Shown in pieces: positions 19,133-29,073 of a stretch of DNA of 64,000 nt. The notes under the pieces were generated by a model that ran no database searches, was not told the origin of the DNA, and saw only the letters and a list, made by a program, of their open reading frames with translations. The stretch's first letter is position 1, and the number at the start of each line of letters is the position of its first letter. The translations under genes and the position numbers were made by a program. The stretch lies in contig OY759598.1 of the NCBI GenBank assembly GCA_963662435.1, positions 1,892,507 through 1,956,506 on the forward strand. The letters are read 5' to 3'. This stretch comes from Dehalococcoidia bacterium. Its GTDB lineage: Bacteria > Chloroflexota > Dehalococcoidia > Lucifugimonadales > VXLM01.

Positions 19133-20476
19133 TCAGACTTCGACTTCGATTTTGTCGTCCTGGACGATGATTCGTCCGACGTGCTCCCAGAGGAAATCCT
19201 TGCGGCGCTCCATGTCGAGGGTGCTCCAGTGGTCGAGCACGTTGATGACGTCGGACGGCTCCACGCTGCGAGATTCGCTCTTCCTTGCAAGGTCGAGAGC
19301 GGCGAGGTACTCCCCCACTTCCCTGGTGCCAATCTCGTTCTTGGCGGCGCGTCTCATGGAGCGCTTGAAGAGGCGCTCGGCATTCTTTACGCGTTCGCGC
19401 CGGAGGGCTGCGACGTCGCGCGTACGATCGGCCTCGCCCTCGTCACTCAGGACTCCGGCGGCCTTTGCCAGCACGGTATATTTGACCTGCGTGAGGGCCT
19501 CGCGTTCGAGTTGGTCTTCCTTCCATGTGTGGTAGTCACAAGTGCTCTGGTTGTTCTTGGACTGGCACTGGTAATATCGGTATACGCCGGTGACTCGCCG
19601 GTTGTCGGTCTTGCGGCGCCAGGACTGGCGGCGGGTGACGCCCATCATCTTGTTGCCGCAGTAGCCGCAGTAGACAAACCCGGAGAGAAGGAACGGCTCG
19701 GGCTGAATTATCCTGCCGGTTGGTCGGCGAGACTTGAGGCGTTCGGCGGCCTCATTGAAGACATCCCTGGGGATGATGGCCTCGTGCATGCCGGGACGGC
19801 GGATGCCGAAGCGTTCGTATGTGCCGATGTAGGACCGGTTGCGAATGATGTCGCGAATGCTGACGACGTTCCAACTCCCACCTCGACGGGTCTTGATGCT
19901 GCGCTCGTTCAGCTCCTGCGCGATGAGGCGGAACCCCATATCCTCCTGCGTGTACAGGCGAAAGATGAGCTCGACCACCTTGGCCTCTTCCGGCACGATT
20001 TCGAGATTCCCATTCTCCCCGGCGCGGTAACCATAGAGGACACGTCCGAGGACATTCCCCTCCAACGCGCGGGCCTCCATGGCCTCCTTGATACGGCGTG
20101 CCCTCGTGACGGAGACTCCGGCAATGCCGGGGGTGTTGAAGACGTTTTGAAACGGGTCGGGATACTCGTCGTCCCAGCACCTGATATCCGCATCGTGTCT
20201 ATTGAGTTCAATGATCGACCGGGCGACCGATTCCAGGTCGGTCCCCAGGTGGGTGGAGTCGGGCACCGTGACGAGAAACTCGCTATCGGACGACTCGAGA
20301 AATGACACCAATCGCTGAAATGCGTCATCCGGAACGCCGACCTCAGGTCCCTCCGTGAAGAAGACCTGGTACGTCTGGTGCATGTTGTAGGTGCAGAAGC
20401 GCTTGAAGTCACGCTGCATGGTATCCAGCGCGACGGGCGTTGGGTCGGGCAGCTTGAAGTATGCGATGGCTCTCAA
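19133..20476 (-). CDS. Large serine recombinase homolog (recombinase + zinc-ribbon domains) with degenerate catalytic domain
   Basis: YGY, EEAKVVELIF.LY, IA.ELN, W....IRDIIRN..YIG, HEAII, LLSGFVYCGYCG, YYQC..C; TTG start MRAIAYFKLP after GAGGA. Confidence 0.85.
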   Translation of the reverse strand: MRAIAYFKLPDPTPVALDTMQRDFKRFCTYNMHQTYQVFFTEGPEVGVPDDAFQRLVSFLESSDSEFLVTVPDSTHLGTDLESVARSIIELNRHDADIRCWDDEYPDPFQNVFNTPGIAGVSVTRARRIKEAMEARALEGNVLGRVLYGYRAGENGNLEIVPEEAKVVELIFRLYTQEDMGFRLIAQELNERSIKTRRGGSWNVVSIRDIIRNRSYIGTYERFGIRRPGMHEAIIPRDVFNEAAERLKSRRPTGRIIQPEPFLLSGFVYCGYCGNKMMGVTRRQSWRRKTDNRRVTGVYRYYQCQSKNNQSTCDYHTWKEDQLEREALTQVKYTVLAKAAGVLSDEGEADRTRDVAALRRERVKNAERLFKRSMRRAAKNEIGTREVGEYLAALDLARKSESRSVEPSDVINVLDHWSTLDMERRKDFLWEHVGRIIVQDDKIEVEV

Positions 20477-20486
20477 TGGACCATCC

Positions 20487-21188
20487 TCAGACGAGATAGA
20501 GGATGCGGTGGCACGAACCGCACTGCATCGGCGTGTCAGTCGACCGGATGCGTTGATGTTCAGACGTGCTGAGGGCCATTCGGCATGCCGAGCACATCCC
20601 CCGTTCGACTCTGGCAATGGCGGTGCCGCCCCTGTTCGATCGCAAGGTGTCGTACCGATGGAGGGAGGGCGGCGGAACGGAATCCCTCATATCTTCGCGG
20701 CGAAGCATCAACTCATCGAGGGACGACCGCAGTTCTTCTACCTTTATCGAGAGGGTCTCGACAGCCGCCGCACGCTGTTCCTCCAACCGGCGGACGACCT
20801 CTCGGCCCTTTTCCAGGGTGCCGTCCACTTCGTCCATCGAGACCATGACCTCCAGCAGGCGGTCTTCGTTCTCGGCGATATCCTTCTCCGTGGAGGCGCG
20901 CTCGTCTTCGGCGGCCTCCATTTCCTTGACACTGGTGATTGCGCCGCTATACATCCGCTCCTGGGTGCGACCGAGCCGAGTCTGAAGGTCCTCAATGGCG
21001 CGGTCGAGAGACCTGCGGTTGGCGGCAAGCCGGTCGGCATGTGACTCCAAGGCGGCGACTCGCCTTCGCGCCTCCGCCACCACGGAATCGTCCGCCAGTT
21101 CCGTTTCCGTGGCGGCAAGCGACTCCTTCAGTTCATCGATCTGAATGTCGAGTTCCTGGAGTTCGTAGAGTTGTTGAAGCTCAGACAT
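20487..21188 (-). CDS. Coiled-coil C4-type zinc ribbon protein (DUF164-like)
   Basis: LYELQELD, long coiled coil, CSAC...CGSCHRILY. Confidence 0.9.
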   Translation of the reverse strand: MSELQQLYELQELDIQIDELKESLAATETELADDSVVAEARRRVAALESHADRLAANRRSLDRAIEDLQTRLGRTQERMYSGAITSVKEMEAAEDERASTEKDIAENEDRLLEVMVSMDEVDGTLEKGREVVRRLEEQRAAAVETLSIKVEELRSSLDELMLRREDMRDSVPPPSLHRYDTLRSNRGGTAIARVERGMCSACRMALSTSEHQRIRSTDTPMQCGSCHRILYLV

Positions 21189-21441
21189 AAGGGATTATTT
21201 CAATGCAAACTCTAGTGTCTTTAGACCACCCTTCGACAGGCTCAGGGCGAACGTGGCTCCTGCTCCCACGCGAACTTGGCCCTTGCTCCCGCTTCTCGAG
21301 GGGAACCATCGAAATCTTGCTTAGAAATGCCGGGCCTTGAGACAACCGATCAAGGATAGGGCCAATCCGCAGTTCGCAACGGCCTCTTCTTTGTAGTATA
21401 TCGCGCACCGGGGCAATTGCCTATCGGAGCACACGTGACGA

Positions 21442-21582
21442 AACTGTTAAGAGTTGAATCGCGACGACCCCCTCTCTGTATCTCTCCCCCGGCGGGCGAG
21501 ATATTGTAGATTCTTCGTCGCTGCGCTCCTCAGAATGACGGTGAGAGAGCAATACGTACAATCTCACGAAGTCTGAACAGTT
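21442..21582. mobile_element. Second MITE-like shell with ends related to 9609-9717
   Basis: Left end AACTGTTAAGAGTTGA; right end TCTCACGAAGTCTGAACAGTT identical to 9696-9716; carries family F and D palindromes. Confidence 0.55.
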
Positions 21583-21690
21583 GCCACCTGACAAATTTGC
21601 AAATGCCCGCAAACGTTAACAATCCGTTAGAATAGCACCGTCGTATTCGCGCTTGGCACAATCGATAATGAATGCGATGAAGGCTGGCAA

Positions 21691-23121
21691 GTGATAATTC
21701 ACACGAGAACGAAGACCAAGGTCGTCTGCACCCTGGGTCCTTCAACGTCCTCTGCCAGGAGGATTCGAAGCCTGGTTGAAGAGGGTATGAGCGTGGCCCG
21801 TCTGAACATGTCGCACGGCACTCCGGAGGAGCACGCCGAGCGAATAGGGATGGTGCGCGAGGCGGCCGAGGAGACCGGCATTCCCGCCGCCGTGATGGTC
21901 GACGTACCGGGGCCGAAGTATCGAACCGGCCCGATGGAAACTGAAACCCTGCGCCTCGAACCGGGACTGGAATTCACCCTGACCAGCCGGGACATCGTCG
22001 GCGACAGGCACATCGTATCGGTCTCACCGCCCGGCATCCATAGAGACGCCAAGCTCGACGCGCCCCTGCTGCTCGATGACGGGTTGATGGAGCTGGCCGT
22101 GCACGGCATTGACGGCATGGACGTTCACTGCAGGGTCGTTCGGGGCGGCCAGCTGACGGAGAAGCGCGGCGTGACCGTGCCCGGCAGGGACCCAACGCAG
22201 GAATTCCCCAGCGAGCAGGCGAAGGTGGCACTGAAGTTCGCAGCGGAGCAGAAGGCCGACTTCGTTGCACTCTCAATGGTGTCGTCCGCGGATGCCGTCC
22301 AGACCGCACGAGAATTGCTCAGCGAATACGGCCACGATCCCTTCATCGTCTCCAAGATCGAACTGGCAGGGGCGGTCAGGAACTTCTCGGATATCCTCGA
22401 CGCGAGCGATGGGATCATGGTGGCGCGAGGCGACATGGGCGTGGAGCTGCCGCTAGCCGAGGTGCCGATGATCCAGAAGAGGCTGATCCGCGAGTGCAAC
22501 GAACGAGGGAAGCCCGTCATCACGGCGACCCAGATGCTGGAGTCGATGGTCACGTCACCGGTGCCCACCCGTGCGGAGGTGACGGACATCGCCAATGCCA
22601 TATTCGACGGCACTGACGCGATCATGCTGTCCGGCGAGACTGCAACCGGCGACCATCCCGTTGAGGCGGTCCGCTTCATGGCGGAGGCGGCGATGTACGC
22701 CGAGGCGTATCTTCCCTACGACCGGCTGCTCGAGGAACGCAGCGGTCATGCGGAGAACAAGGTAGATGACGCTATCGCCTACAACGCCTGTCACACCGCG
22801 CAGCAACTCAGTTCCAAGCTCATCGTCGCGTTTACGGAATCGGGCTCGACGGCCGGGAGAGTCTCCAAGTACCGTCCGCAGGCCCACATCATAGCCCTGA
22901 CGTCGACCGAACGAGTGCAGAGAAGGCTCCTCCTGACGTGGGGCGCGACCCCGTACGTTGAGCCGTCATTCGACCAAGTTGACCGCTTCTTTGATTTGGC
23001 CGAACAGTACGCAAAGGAGGCGGCGGGGCTCAGGAATGGTCAGCCTGTCGTACTGGTGGCGGGACTGCCGATAGGCGTCTCCGGCGGTACGAACCTGCTG
23101 CGGGTACTTACAGTGAACTAA
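21691..23121 (+). CDS. pyk: Pyruvate kinase
   Basis: TKVVCTLGP, ARLNMSHG, SKIE, MVARGDMGVE, ATQMLESM, PTRAE, MLSGETA. Confidence 0.97.
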   Translation: MIIHTRTKTKVVCTLGPSTSSARRIRSLVEEGMSVARLNMSHGTPEEHAERIGMVREAAEETGIPAAVMVDVPGPKYRTGPMETETLRLEPGLEFTLTSRDIVGDRHIVSVSPPGIHRDAKLDAPLLLDDGLMELAVHGIDGMDVHCRVVRGGQLTEKRGVTVPGRDPTQEFPSEQAKVALKFAAEQKADFVALSMVSSADAVQTARELLSEYGHDPFIVSKIELAGAVRNFSDILDASDGIMVARGDMGVELPLAEVPMIQKRLIRECNERGKPVITATQMLESMVTSPVPTRAEVTDIANAIFDGTDAIMLSGETATGDHPVEAVRFMAEAAMYAEAYLPYDRLLEERSGHAENKVDDAIAYNACHTAQQLSSKLIVAFTESGSTAGRVSKYRPQAHIIALTSTERVQRRLLLTWGATPYVEPSFDQVDRFFDLAEQYAKEAAGLRNGQPVVLVAGLPIGVSGGTNLLRVLTVN

Positions 23122-23278
23122 GCGGGCCGCTTGCGTTCGGCGGTAAGCTCTCTGAACGCACCCGTTCACTCCCGTATCAGGTATGAGGCAGATTCTGAGC
23201 CTGTCGCAGGGCGCATGCGCCTTCATGGTTCGACAAGCTCACCACGAACAGAGTCAACCGCCGATTCGGCACGTCCTA

Positions 23279-24301
23279 TTAGCTGCGGCGTACGACCACG
23301 TAGTCGACGAGGGCCTCGAGCGAGTCGCGGGAGCGATTCTTCGGCAGGTCGCTGATGGCATCGAGGGCGGAACGGCAGTAGTCCTCTGCAACGGCGTAGG
23401 AGTCGGTGATGATCCTGTCGTCGCTGATCACTTCAATGGCCGACTCCAACAGGGCCCCATCCTGGGGTTCGGCAAAGTAGTCTCGAATGGCGGTGGAGTC
23501 CGGCCATCTCTCCAGGGCAAGAATCATCGGAAGGGTCAGAACACCGTGCCGGAGATCGTTGCCGACCGGCTTGCCGATCTCGTCGGTCGAGCCCTCTACA
23601 TCGAGAATGTCGTCGACGATCTGGAACGCCATGCCGAGCGAGTAGCCGTAGTCCCGCAGCTTCTTCGCCGTCAATTCCGACGCGTCGCTGAGGACGGCTC
23701 CGGACTCGGTCGCCGTGGTGAACAGTGAGGCAGTCTTCTCGTATATGCGGGTGAAGTATTGCTCGCGCGACTGGGAGGCATCGTATCTGACGACCATCTC
23801 ATCCATCTCGCCGCTGGAAAGCTCCTTGATCGTCTCGGCAAACCGTCGAATGACGCTGATATTCCCGGTATCGCAAACGTAGGTCGCCGACGCGGCGAAC
23901 AGGTAGTCGCCGAGCACGACGGCGGCATTGCCTCCCCAGATCTTGCTGACGGTGGCGCGACCGCGACGGACCTCGGACTGGTCGACGGTGTCGTCGTGGA
24001 TCAGGGAGGCGATGTGCAGAAGCTCGACGGCGGTCGCCATCGTCTCAGCACGCTCGCCGTCATTCGGGTGAAATCCGGCAGAGAGGAGCGTCAGGGTTGG
24101 TCGGATGCGCTTTCCCTTGGTCTCCAGCGCATGATCGAGCAGCTGTGCGAGGAATGGCGACCTGTGGTTGACCATGTCGCGCAGGGATACCTTGACACGT
24201 TCGAGTCCGTCGACAACCGGAGCATGGATGTATGCGAGCGCGTCGCTCGGCGAATCGAATCCGTTCACGCTTTGTATCGCACCGCTAGACTTTGTTGACA
24301 T
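23279..24301 (-). CDS. Polyprenyl diphosphate synthase
   Basis: GKRIRP, LIHDDTVD..RRG, KTASLF, FQIVDDILD, GKPVGNDL. Confidence 0.95.
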   Translation of the reverse strand: MSTKSSGAIQSVNGFDSPSDALAYIHAPVVDGLERVKVSLRDMVNHRSPFLAQLLDHALETKGKRIRPTLTLLSAGFHPNDGERAETMATAVELLHIASLIHDDTVDQSEVRRGRATVSKIWGGNAAVVLGDYLFAASATYVCDTGNISVIRRFAETIKELSSGEMDEMVVRYDASQSREQYFTRIYEKTASLFTTATESGAVLSDASELTAKKLRDYGYSLGMAFQIVDDILDVEGSTDEIGKPVGNDLRHGVLTLPMILALERWPDSTAIRDYFAEPQDGALLESAIEVISDDRIITDSYAVAEDYCRSALDAISDLPKNRSRDSLEALVDYVVVRRS

Positions 24302-24472
24302 ACTTGACGTTCTCTCTCAGCTAATCGAGCCAGAGTGTGGAAGGGAGACACTCTGATGAATTGGGACTATCGCCCTCACCCCAGCCCTCTCCCACTACTG
24401 GAAAGGGGGCTGCGCCGGGGGCGCGTTCGTACAGGGTACGGGGCCGACGTACGGTCGGGGGACGATGGGCGC

Positions 24473-26152
24473 TCACCTCTGTTGGCCCAGACGTTCGGTC
24501 TCCTGCTCCGCGATGGACTCATCGAGCTTCTGGAACAGGGGAGCCGGCTTCTCAAGGCGCCGGCCGGATTCGAGGTCGGTTGGAGACCATTCCCAGCCCT
24601 CATCGACCACCGACCCAGGTAATCCCAACATGGTATGCAGCTTCTCGCAACTGAACGGCAGGAAGGGATAGAGCGCTTTCTTAAGGCAGTTTATGACGGT
24701 CAAGGCCGTCCACAGCGTGGTTGCGGTCGCGATCCTGTCGGTCTTGGCCGTCTGCCACGGGGCCTTCCGGTCGAGGTAGCGGTTCGCGGCCTGGGCAAGC
24801 GCCATCGCGCTATCGGTGAGCGCGGCCCGGAACTTGCACAGGGCGATGTTCTCCCCCACCTCGCCGAAGCGACGCTCGGCCTCCTCCAACAGCGCGCGGG
24901 AATCGTCGTCGAGCTGTCCCGGCGTTGGGACGGCGCCGTCGAAGTTGCGGTAGGACATCGTGAGGACGCGATGCACGAGGTTGCCGAATGTGGCGACCAG
25001 TTCATCGTTGTTTCGCCGGACATACTCGGCCCATGAGAAGTCGGAATCGCTCGTCTCCGGCATGCCCGCGGCAATGACATACCGCAGCGGGTCGGGATCG
25101 TACCGGTCGAGGTAGTCGGGCAGCCAGATGGCCCACGAGCGGCTGGTCGAGAGTTTCATACCCTCAAGGTTCATGTACTCGTTTGCGGGAACGTCGTAGG
25201 GTAGGTTGAGCCCGCCGTACCCGAGGAGCATGGAGGGCCAAATGACTGTATGAAAGGGGATGTTGTCCTTGCCCATGAAGTAGTAGGAGCGGGCGTCGTC
25301 ACCCTGCCAGAAGTCCTTCCAGCGGTCGGGTTCGCCGCGCAGGGCGGCCCATTCCTTGGAGGCGGAGAGGTACCCGATCACCGCCTCGAACCACACGTAG
25401 ATGCGCTTTTTTTCGTAGCCGTCCAGGGGGACGGGAATGCCCCACTCGATGTCGCGGGTGATTGGCCGGTCCTGGAGGCCACCTTCGAGGTAGCCGATGG
25501 AGAAGTTCTTGACGCTGGGACGCCAGTGATCCTGCGGTCGTATCCAATCGAGCAACTCGTCCTCGAAAGCGGTGAGCTTGAGGAAGAAGTGTTCGGTCTC
25601 CCTGAAGACGGGAGTGTCTCCGCTCAGGCGGCTGCGGATGTCGATGAGTTCCTGCGCGTCGAGGGTGCGGCCGCAGTTGTCGCACTGGTCGCCGCGTGCA
25701 CCGTCGAAATCGCAGTGAGGACAGGTGCCCTCGACGTAGCGGTCGGCAAGGAACCGTCCATCGACCTCGCTGTACGGCTGGAGCATCGTCTGAATGTAGA
25801 GGTAGTCGTTCTCGTAGAGACGCGTGAAGATGTCCTGCGAGACCTCGGAGTGGTTTTCGGTGTGGGTGGACGTAAACAGATCGAAGCTGATGCCAAGCCT
25901 GTCCCAACAGTCGAGGAACTCGGCGTGGTACTGGCTGAATACCTCTTCCGGCGTGATGCCGCGCTTTTCGGCCTCGAGCGTAACTGGCGTACCATGCGAG
26001 TCGCTGCCGGAGACCATGAGGACATCGTTGCCCTTGAGGCGGTGATAACGGGCGAAGATATCGGCAGGGACGTATGCGCCTGCCGCATGGCCTATATGTA
26101 TGGAGCCGTTGGCGTACGGCCATGCAACGGCGACGAGGATGCGATCGGACAT
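24473..26152 (-). CDS. metG: Methionine--tRNA ligase
   Basis: PYANGSIHIGH, GSDSHG, zinc knuckle CPHC..CDNCG, YVWFEA, GKDNIPFH, KLSTS. Confidence 0.98.
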   Translation of the reverse strand: MSDRILVAVAWPYANGSIHIGHAAGAYVPADIFARYHRLKGNDVLMVSGSDSHGTPVTLEAEKRGITPEEVFSQYHAEFLDCWDRLGISFDLFTSTHTENHSEVSQDIFTRLYENDYLYIQTMLQPYSEVDGRFLADRYVEGTCPHCDFDGARGDQCDNCGRTLDAQELIDIRSRLSGDTPVFRETEHFFLKLTAFEDELLDWIRPQDHWRPSVKNFSIGYLEGGLQDRPITRDIEWGIPVPLDGYEKKRIYVWFEAVIGYLSASKEWAALRGEPDRWKDFWQGDDARSYYFMGKDNIPFHTVIWPSMLLGYGGLNLPYDVPANEYMNLEGMKLSTSRSWAIWLPDYLDRYDPDPLRYVIAAGMPETSDSDFSWAEYVRRNNDELVATFGNLVHRVLTMSYRNFDGAVPTPGQLDDDSRALLEEAERRFGEVGENIALCKFRAALTDSAMALAQAANRYLDRKAPWQTAKTDRIATATTLWTALTVINCLKKALYPFLPFSCEKLHTMLGLPGSVVDEGWEWSPTDLESGRRLEKPAPLFQKLDESIAEQETERLGQQR

Positions 26153-26236
26153 TGACAGCTCAGCAGGAATGACTGCATCAATGGTACCACAACCACCCTG
26201 CCCGCTCCCCTATACCACGCACCTCGCGGCGAGTGG

Positions 26237-27079
26237 TCACGCACCGGTCCGAGAGCCGCCTTCCCTGACTTCCAACCATAGACGATAGAGGTCGTTCTTG
26301 GAGATACCGGTCAGTGACGCCGCCGCGATGGCGTCCTTCGACTTGCTTCCGCGCCTGGACTCCTCCGCGAGTATCTCGCGGGCCTGATCGATTGCCGCCT
26401 CATCGGTGTCATGGACATCGTCCGCCGGCTGAACTATTAGGGTGACTTCGCCCTTCGGGTCGGAGAATCGTTCCAGGGCGGCTACGACAGTGGCACGGAA
26501 GACCTCTTCATGCACTTTCGTCAGTTCCCGGCATACGACGACTCTTCTATCGCCGAGAACGGCGTGAATATCGTTCAGGGTGTCTATGAGGCGGTGCGGA
26601 GCCTCGAAGGCGATCCATGCTCGCGGTTCATCGACTAAGGACTCCAGTAATTTGCGTCTCTGTCCCCCGCGTCGCGGGAGGAAGCCGAGGTAGAGGAATT
26701 GGTCGATCTCTAGTCCCGCCACGCTCAGGGCGGCTGTCAGGGCGGACGGGCCGGGGAGTGGGACGACAGCGTGGCCCGCTTCTTCGGCGGCGGCGGCGAG
26801 TTCAGCGCCGGGATCGTTGATCGCGGGAGTACCGGCGTCGGACACGAGGGCAACGTCCCCCTGCGCGAGTGCGTCCAGGATGGCGGGCAGCTTGGATAGC
26901 CGGTTGTGGTCGTGGTAGCTGGTGCTTGGTGTGTCGATGTCGTAATGGGAGAGGAGCTTTCTCGTGGTGCGGGTGTCCTCCGCGGCGATGAGCGAGACCT
27001 CGCCCAGCACGCGGAGGGCGCGCAGGGTGATGTCCTCCAGATTGCCGATGGGTGTGGCTACGATGTAGAGCGTTGACAC
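26237..27079 (-). CDS. rsmI: 16S rRNA C1402 2'-O-methyltransferase
   Basis: LYIVATPIGNLEDIT.RA, AEDTR, VSDAGTP, RELTK.HEE. Confidence 0.97.
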   Translation of the reverse strand: MSTLYIVATPIGNLEDITLRALRVLGEVSLIAAEDTRTTRKLLSHYDIDTPSTSYHDHNRLSKLPAILDALAQGDVALVSDAGTPAINDPGAELAAAAEEAGHAVVPLPGPSALTAALSVAGLEIDQFLYLGFLPRRGGQRRKLLESLVDEPRAWIAFEAPHRLIDTLNDIHAVLGDRRVVVCRELTKVHEEVFRATVVAALERFSDPKGEVTLIVQPADDVHDTDEAAIDQAREILAEESRRGSKSKDAIAAASLTGISKNDLYRLWLEVREGGSRTGA

Positions 27080-27137
27080 GATACCGTCCTACGGCTTACC
27101 GTTCCCCACAATTCGTCCGTACATGCGGGAGCATAGA

Positions 27138-27992
27138 ATGACCGACCTGACACTCGACCACGTCCTCATTGCCGTTCGAGACCTCGATGCCGCTAAGGAT
27201 ACCTTCGAGAGGCTGGGATTCAAAGTGACGCCGGAGGGACGGCACCCCGGACGGGGGACGAGCAACCGTCTCGTCGTGTTCGGGGGAGAGTACCTCGAGC
27301 TCATCTCGGTACATGACCCGGATGGAGACCTGTTCCGTCCGAACCTTCCCTCGTTCCTGGACGAACGCGAGGGTCTGTTCATCTTCGCCATGGGAACTTC
27401 TGACGTGTTTGAGCGGACGCAGAGCGTCAGGGCGGCTGGAGTCCTGATAACCGATCCGGTAAAGGGCTCGCGCCAGGCGGCGGACGGATCGACGGCGTAT
27501 TCGTGGACGCAGGCGGAGATCGATCCGGAGGCGATGCCGGGAAGCCAGACCTTCTTCATCCAGCATGACCACACCATCGAGGAGCGATACAACGATCCGC
27601 CCGACCCCATCAACCATCCGAACGGCGTTACCGGGGTAGCCTCGTTGTCGCTGGCGGTTGCGGACGCGAATGGCGCGGCGCAGCGTTGGAAGGACGTCTT
27701 CGGGATGGAGGGGGCATCAGACGTCGGTTCCGGTCGCGCCGCGTGTGTAAGATTGGGGTTCGACAACTGCTCGCTGGACTTTTGCCAGGGCGACGACGGC
27801 GACGGGATTGCAGGGTTTGTCGAGAGGTGGGGCGAAGGGCCGTACGAAATCGTGTTTTCCAGCGAGGACCTGGACGCTACCGAATCGCTGCTCAAGGAGA
27901 ATGGAGTAGAGGGCTTGGAGCGCATCGGCGACAGCCTGGCCGTGCCGCCGGAGTCGGCGCAGGGTGTGAGGATGTCGTTCGTGCAGGGGTAG
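27138..27992 (+). CDS. VOC (glyoxalase-like) family protein
   Basis: LDHVLIAVRDL, GRHPGRGTSNRL..F..YLELI, HPNGVTG. Confidence 0.85.
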   Translation: MTDLTLDHVLIAVRDLDAAKDTFERLGFKVTPEGRHPGRGTSNRLVVFGGEYLELISVHDPDGDLFRPNLPSFLDEREGLFIFAMGTSDVFERTQSVRAAGVLITDPVKGSRQAADGSTAYSWTQAEIDPEAMPGSQTFFIQHDHTIEERYNDPPDPINHPNGVTGVASLSLAVADANGAAQRWKDVFGMEGASDVGSGRAACVRLGFDNCSLDFCQGDDGDGIAGFVERWGEGPYEIVFSSEDLDATESLLKENGVEGLERIGDSLAVPPESAQGVRMSFVQG

Positions 27993-28111
27993 GGGGCCTT
28001 TAGTTGAACTCCGTTCACCCTGAACGTGTCGAAGGGTCGTGGCGCCGTTCATGGTTCGACAAGCTCACCACGAACGGCCTCCCGTAACTAAGGAAAACAC
28101 CCTCACGGAGC

Positions 28112-29071
28112 CTATTTCCGGGAAATGACGTTCCCGTCGCGCTGCCAGTTCCTGGCAAGCTGAGGCATGGCGTCGAGGAGGTGTTGGAGATTCTTATGCT
28201 CCGAGTCGCTGAGCTTGGATGCACCCAGGACTTTCGCGGCGTCTCCGGCGGCGACGGCGCCTGGCATGGATTTTCCACTCGAAGGAGCGCGCTTCGACCA
28301 CGCGGCATCGATTCTCTCAGCCTCCGAAGGACTCTCCTGGGCAGCTTTGTCCTGACCGCCTCGGCGAAGTTCAATGACCACGTCGCCCTGGCCCTGGTCG
28401 GATGGACGGGTGACCCTGACCTCTGGTGAAGCCTCGAGGAAGGCCTTGAAGCTGTTGTAGTTGCGGTCTCGGAAGTCGAATCCGGGATCGAGGCGCTGCA
28501 TGGTCGCGTGGAGGCGGCTGCCGGTAACCCTGCCGTCGGCGTCCATGCTCGCACGGACGGCTCTGACCAACAGGCTGCCGCGAGGTCGTTTCTTGGGCTG
28601 GGGCTCGGTTACTTCATCCTTTTCTTGCTGCTGGTCGAGGTAGTAGTACCGGTCGCACGCCTTGACGAGCGTGGCGGACGTGGACTTCCGACGACCCGCG
28701 CCGATCACCATCTTGCCGGAAGAGCGGAGCTTGTTGACCAAGGGGAGAAAGTCGGCATCGCCGGAGACGATGACGAAGGTATCTACAGGTGAAGAGTAGA
28801 GGAGGTCGATCGCGTCTATGGCCATTCGAATGTCGCTGGCGTTCTTGCCGGAGCTCGATGCCTGAAAGACGTGTACGGGCTCGATGCCGAACTCCAGGAG
28901 CTGGTCGCGCACATTGCCGCCCTTCGACCAGTCGGAGTAGGCGCGGCGTATGAGGATGCGTCCAAGATTGGAGATCCGGTCGAACAGCCACTCGACCGAT
29001 CCCACGCTGACGTTTTCGTCGTCGATGAGGACGGCGACCTGGCGATCACCGGATGACTGGCCCATAACCAT
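28112..29071 (-). CDS. NYN-domain ribonuclease with OST-HTH/LOTUS domain
   Basis: LIDDENV, GKNASDI.MAIDA, VSGDADF.PL..LR..GK; LDPGFDFRDRNYNSF. Confidence 0.88.
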   Translation of the reverse strand: MVMGQSSGDRQVAVLIDDENVSVGSVEWLFDRISNLGRILIRRAYSDWSKGGNVRDQLLEFGIEPVHVFQASSSGKNASDIRMAIDAIDLLYSSPVDTFVIVSGDADFLPLVNKLRSSGKMVIGAGRRKSTSATLVKACDRYYYLDQQQEKDEVTEPQPKKRPRGSLLVRAVRASMDADGRVTGSRLHATMQRLDPGFDFRDRNYNSFKAFLEASPEVRVTRPSDQGQGDVVIELRRGGQDKAAQESPSEAERIDAAWSKRAPSSGKSMPGAVAAGDAAKVLGASKLSDSEHKNLQHLLDAMPQLARNWQRDGNVISRK

Positions 29072-29073
29072 GG

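Noticed and set aside
19133..20476. Prophage or ICE defined by the recombinase
   Set aside because: Flanked by core genes, no mobile cargo, catalytic motif absent
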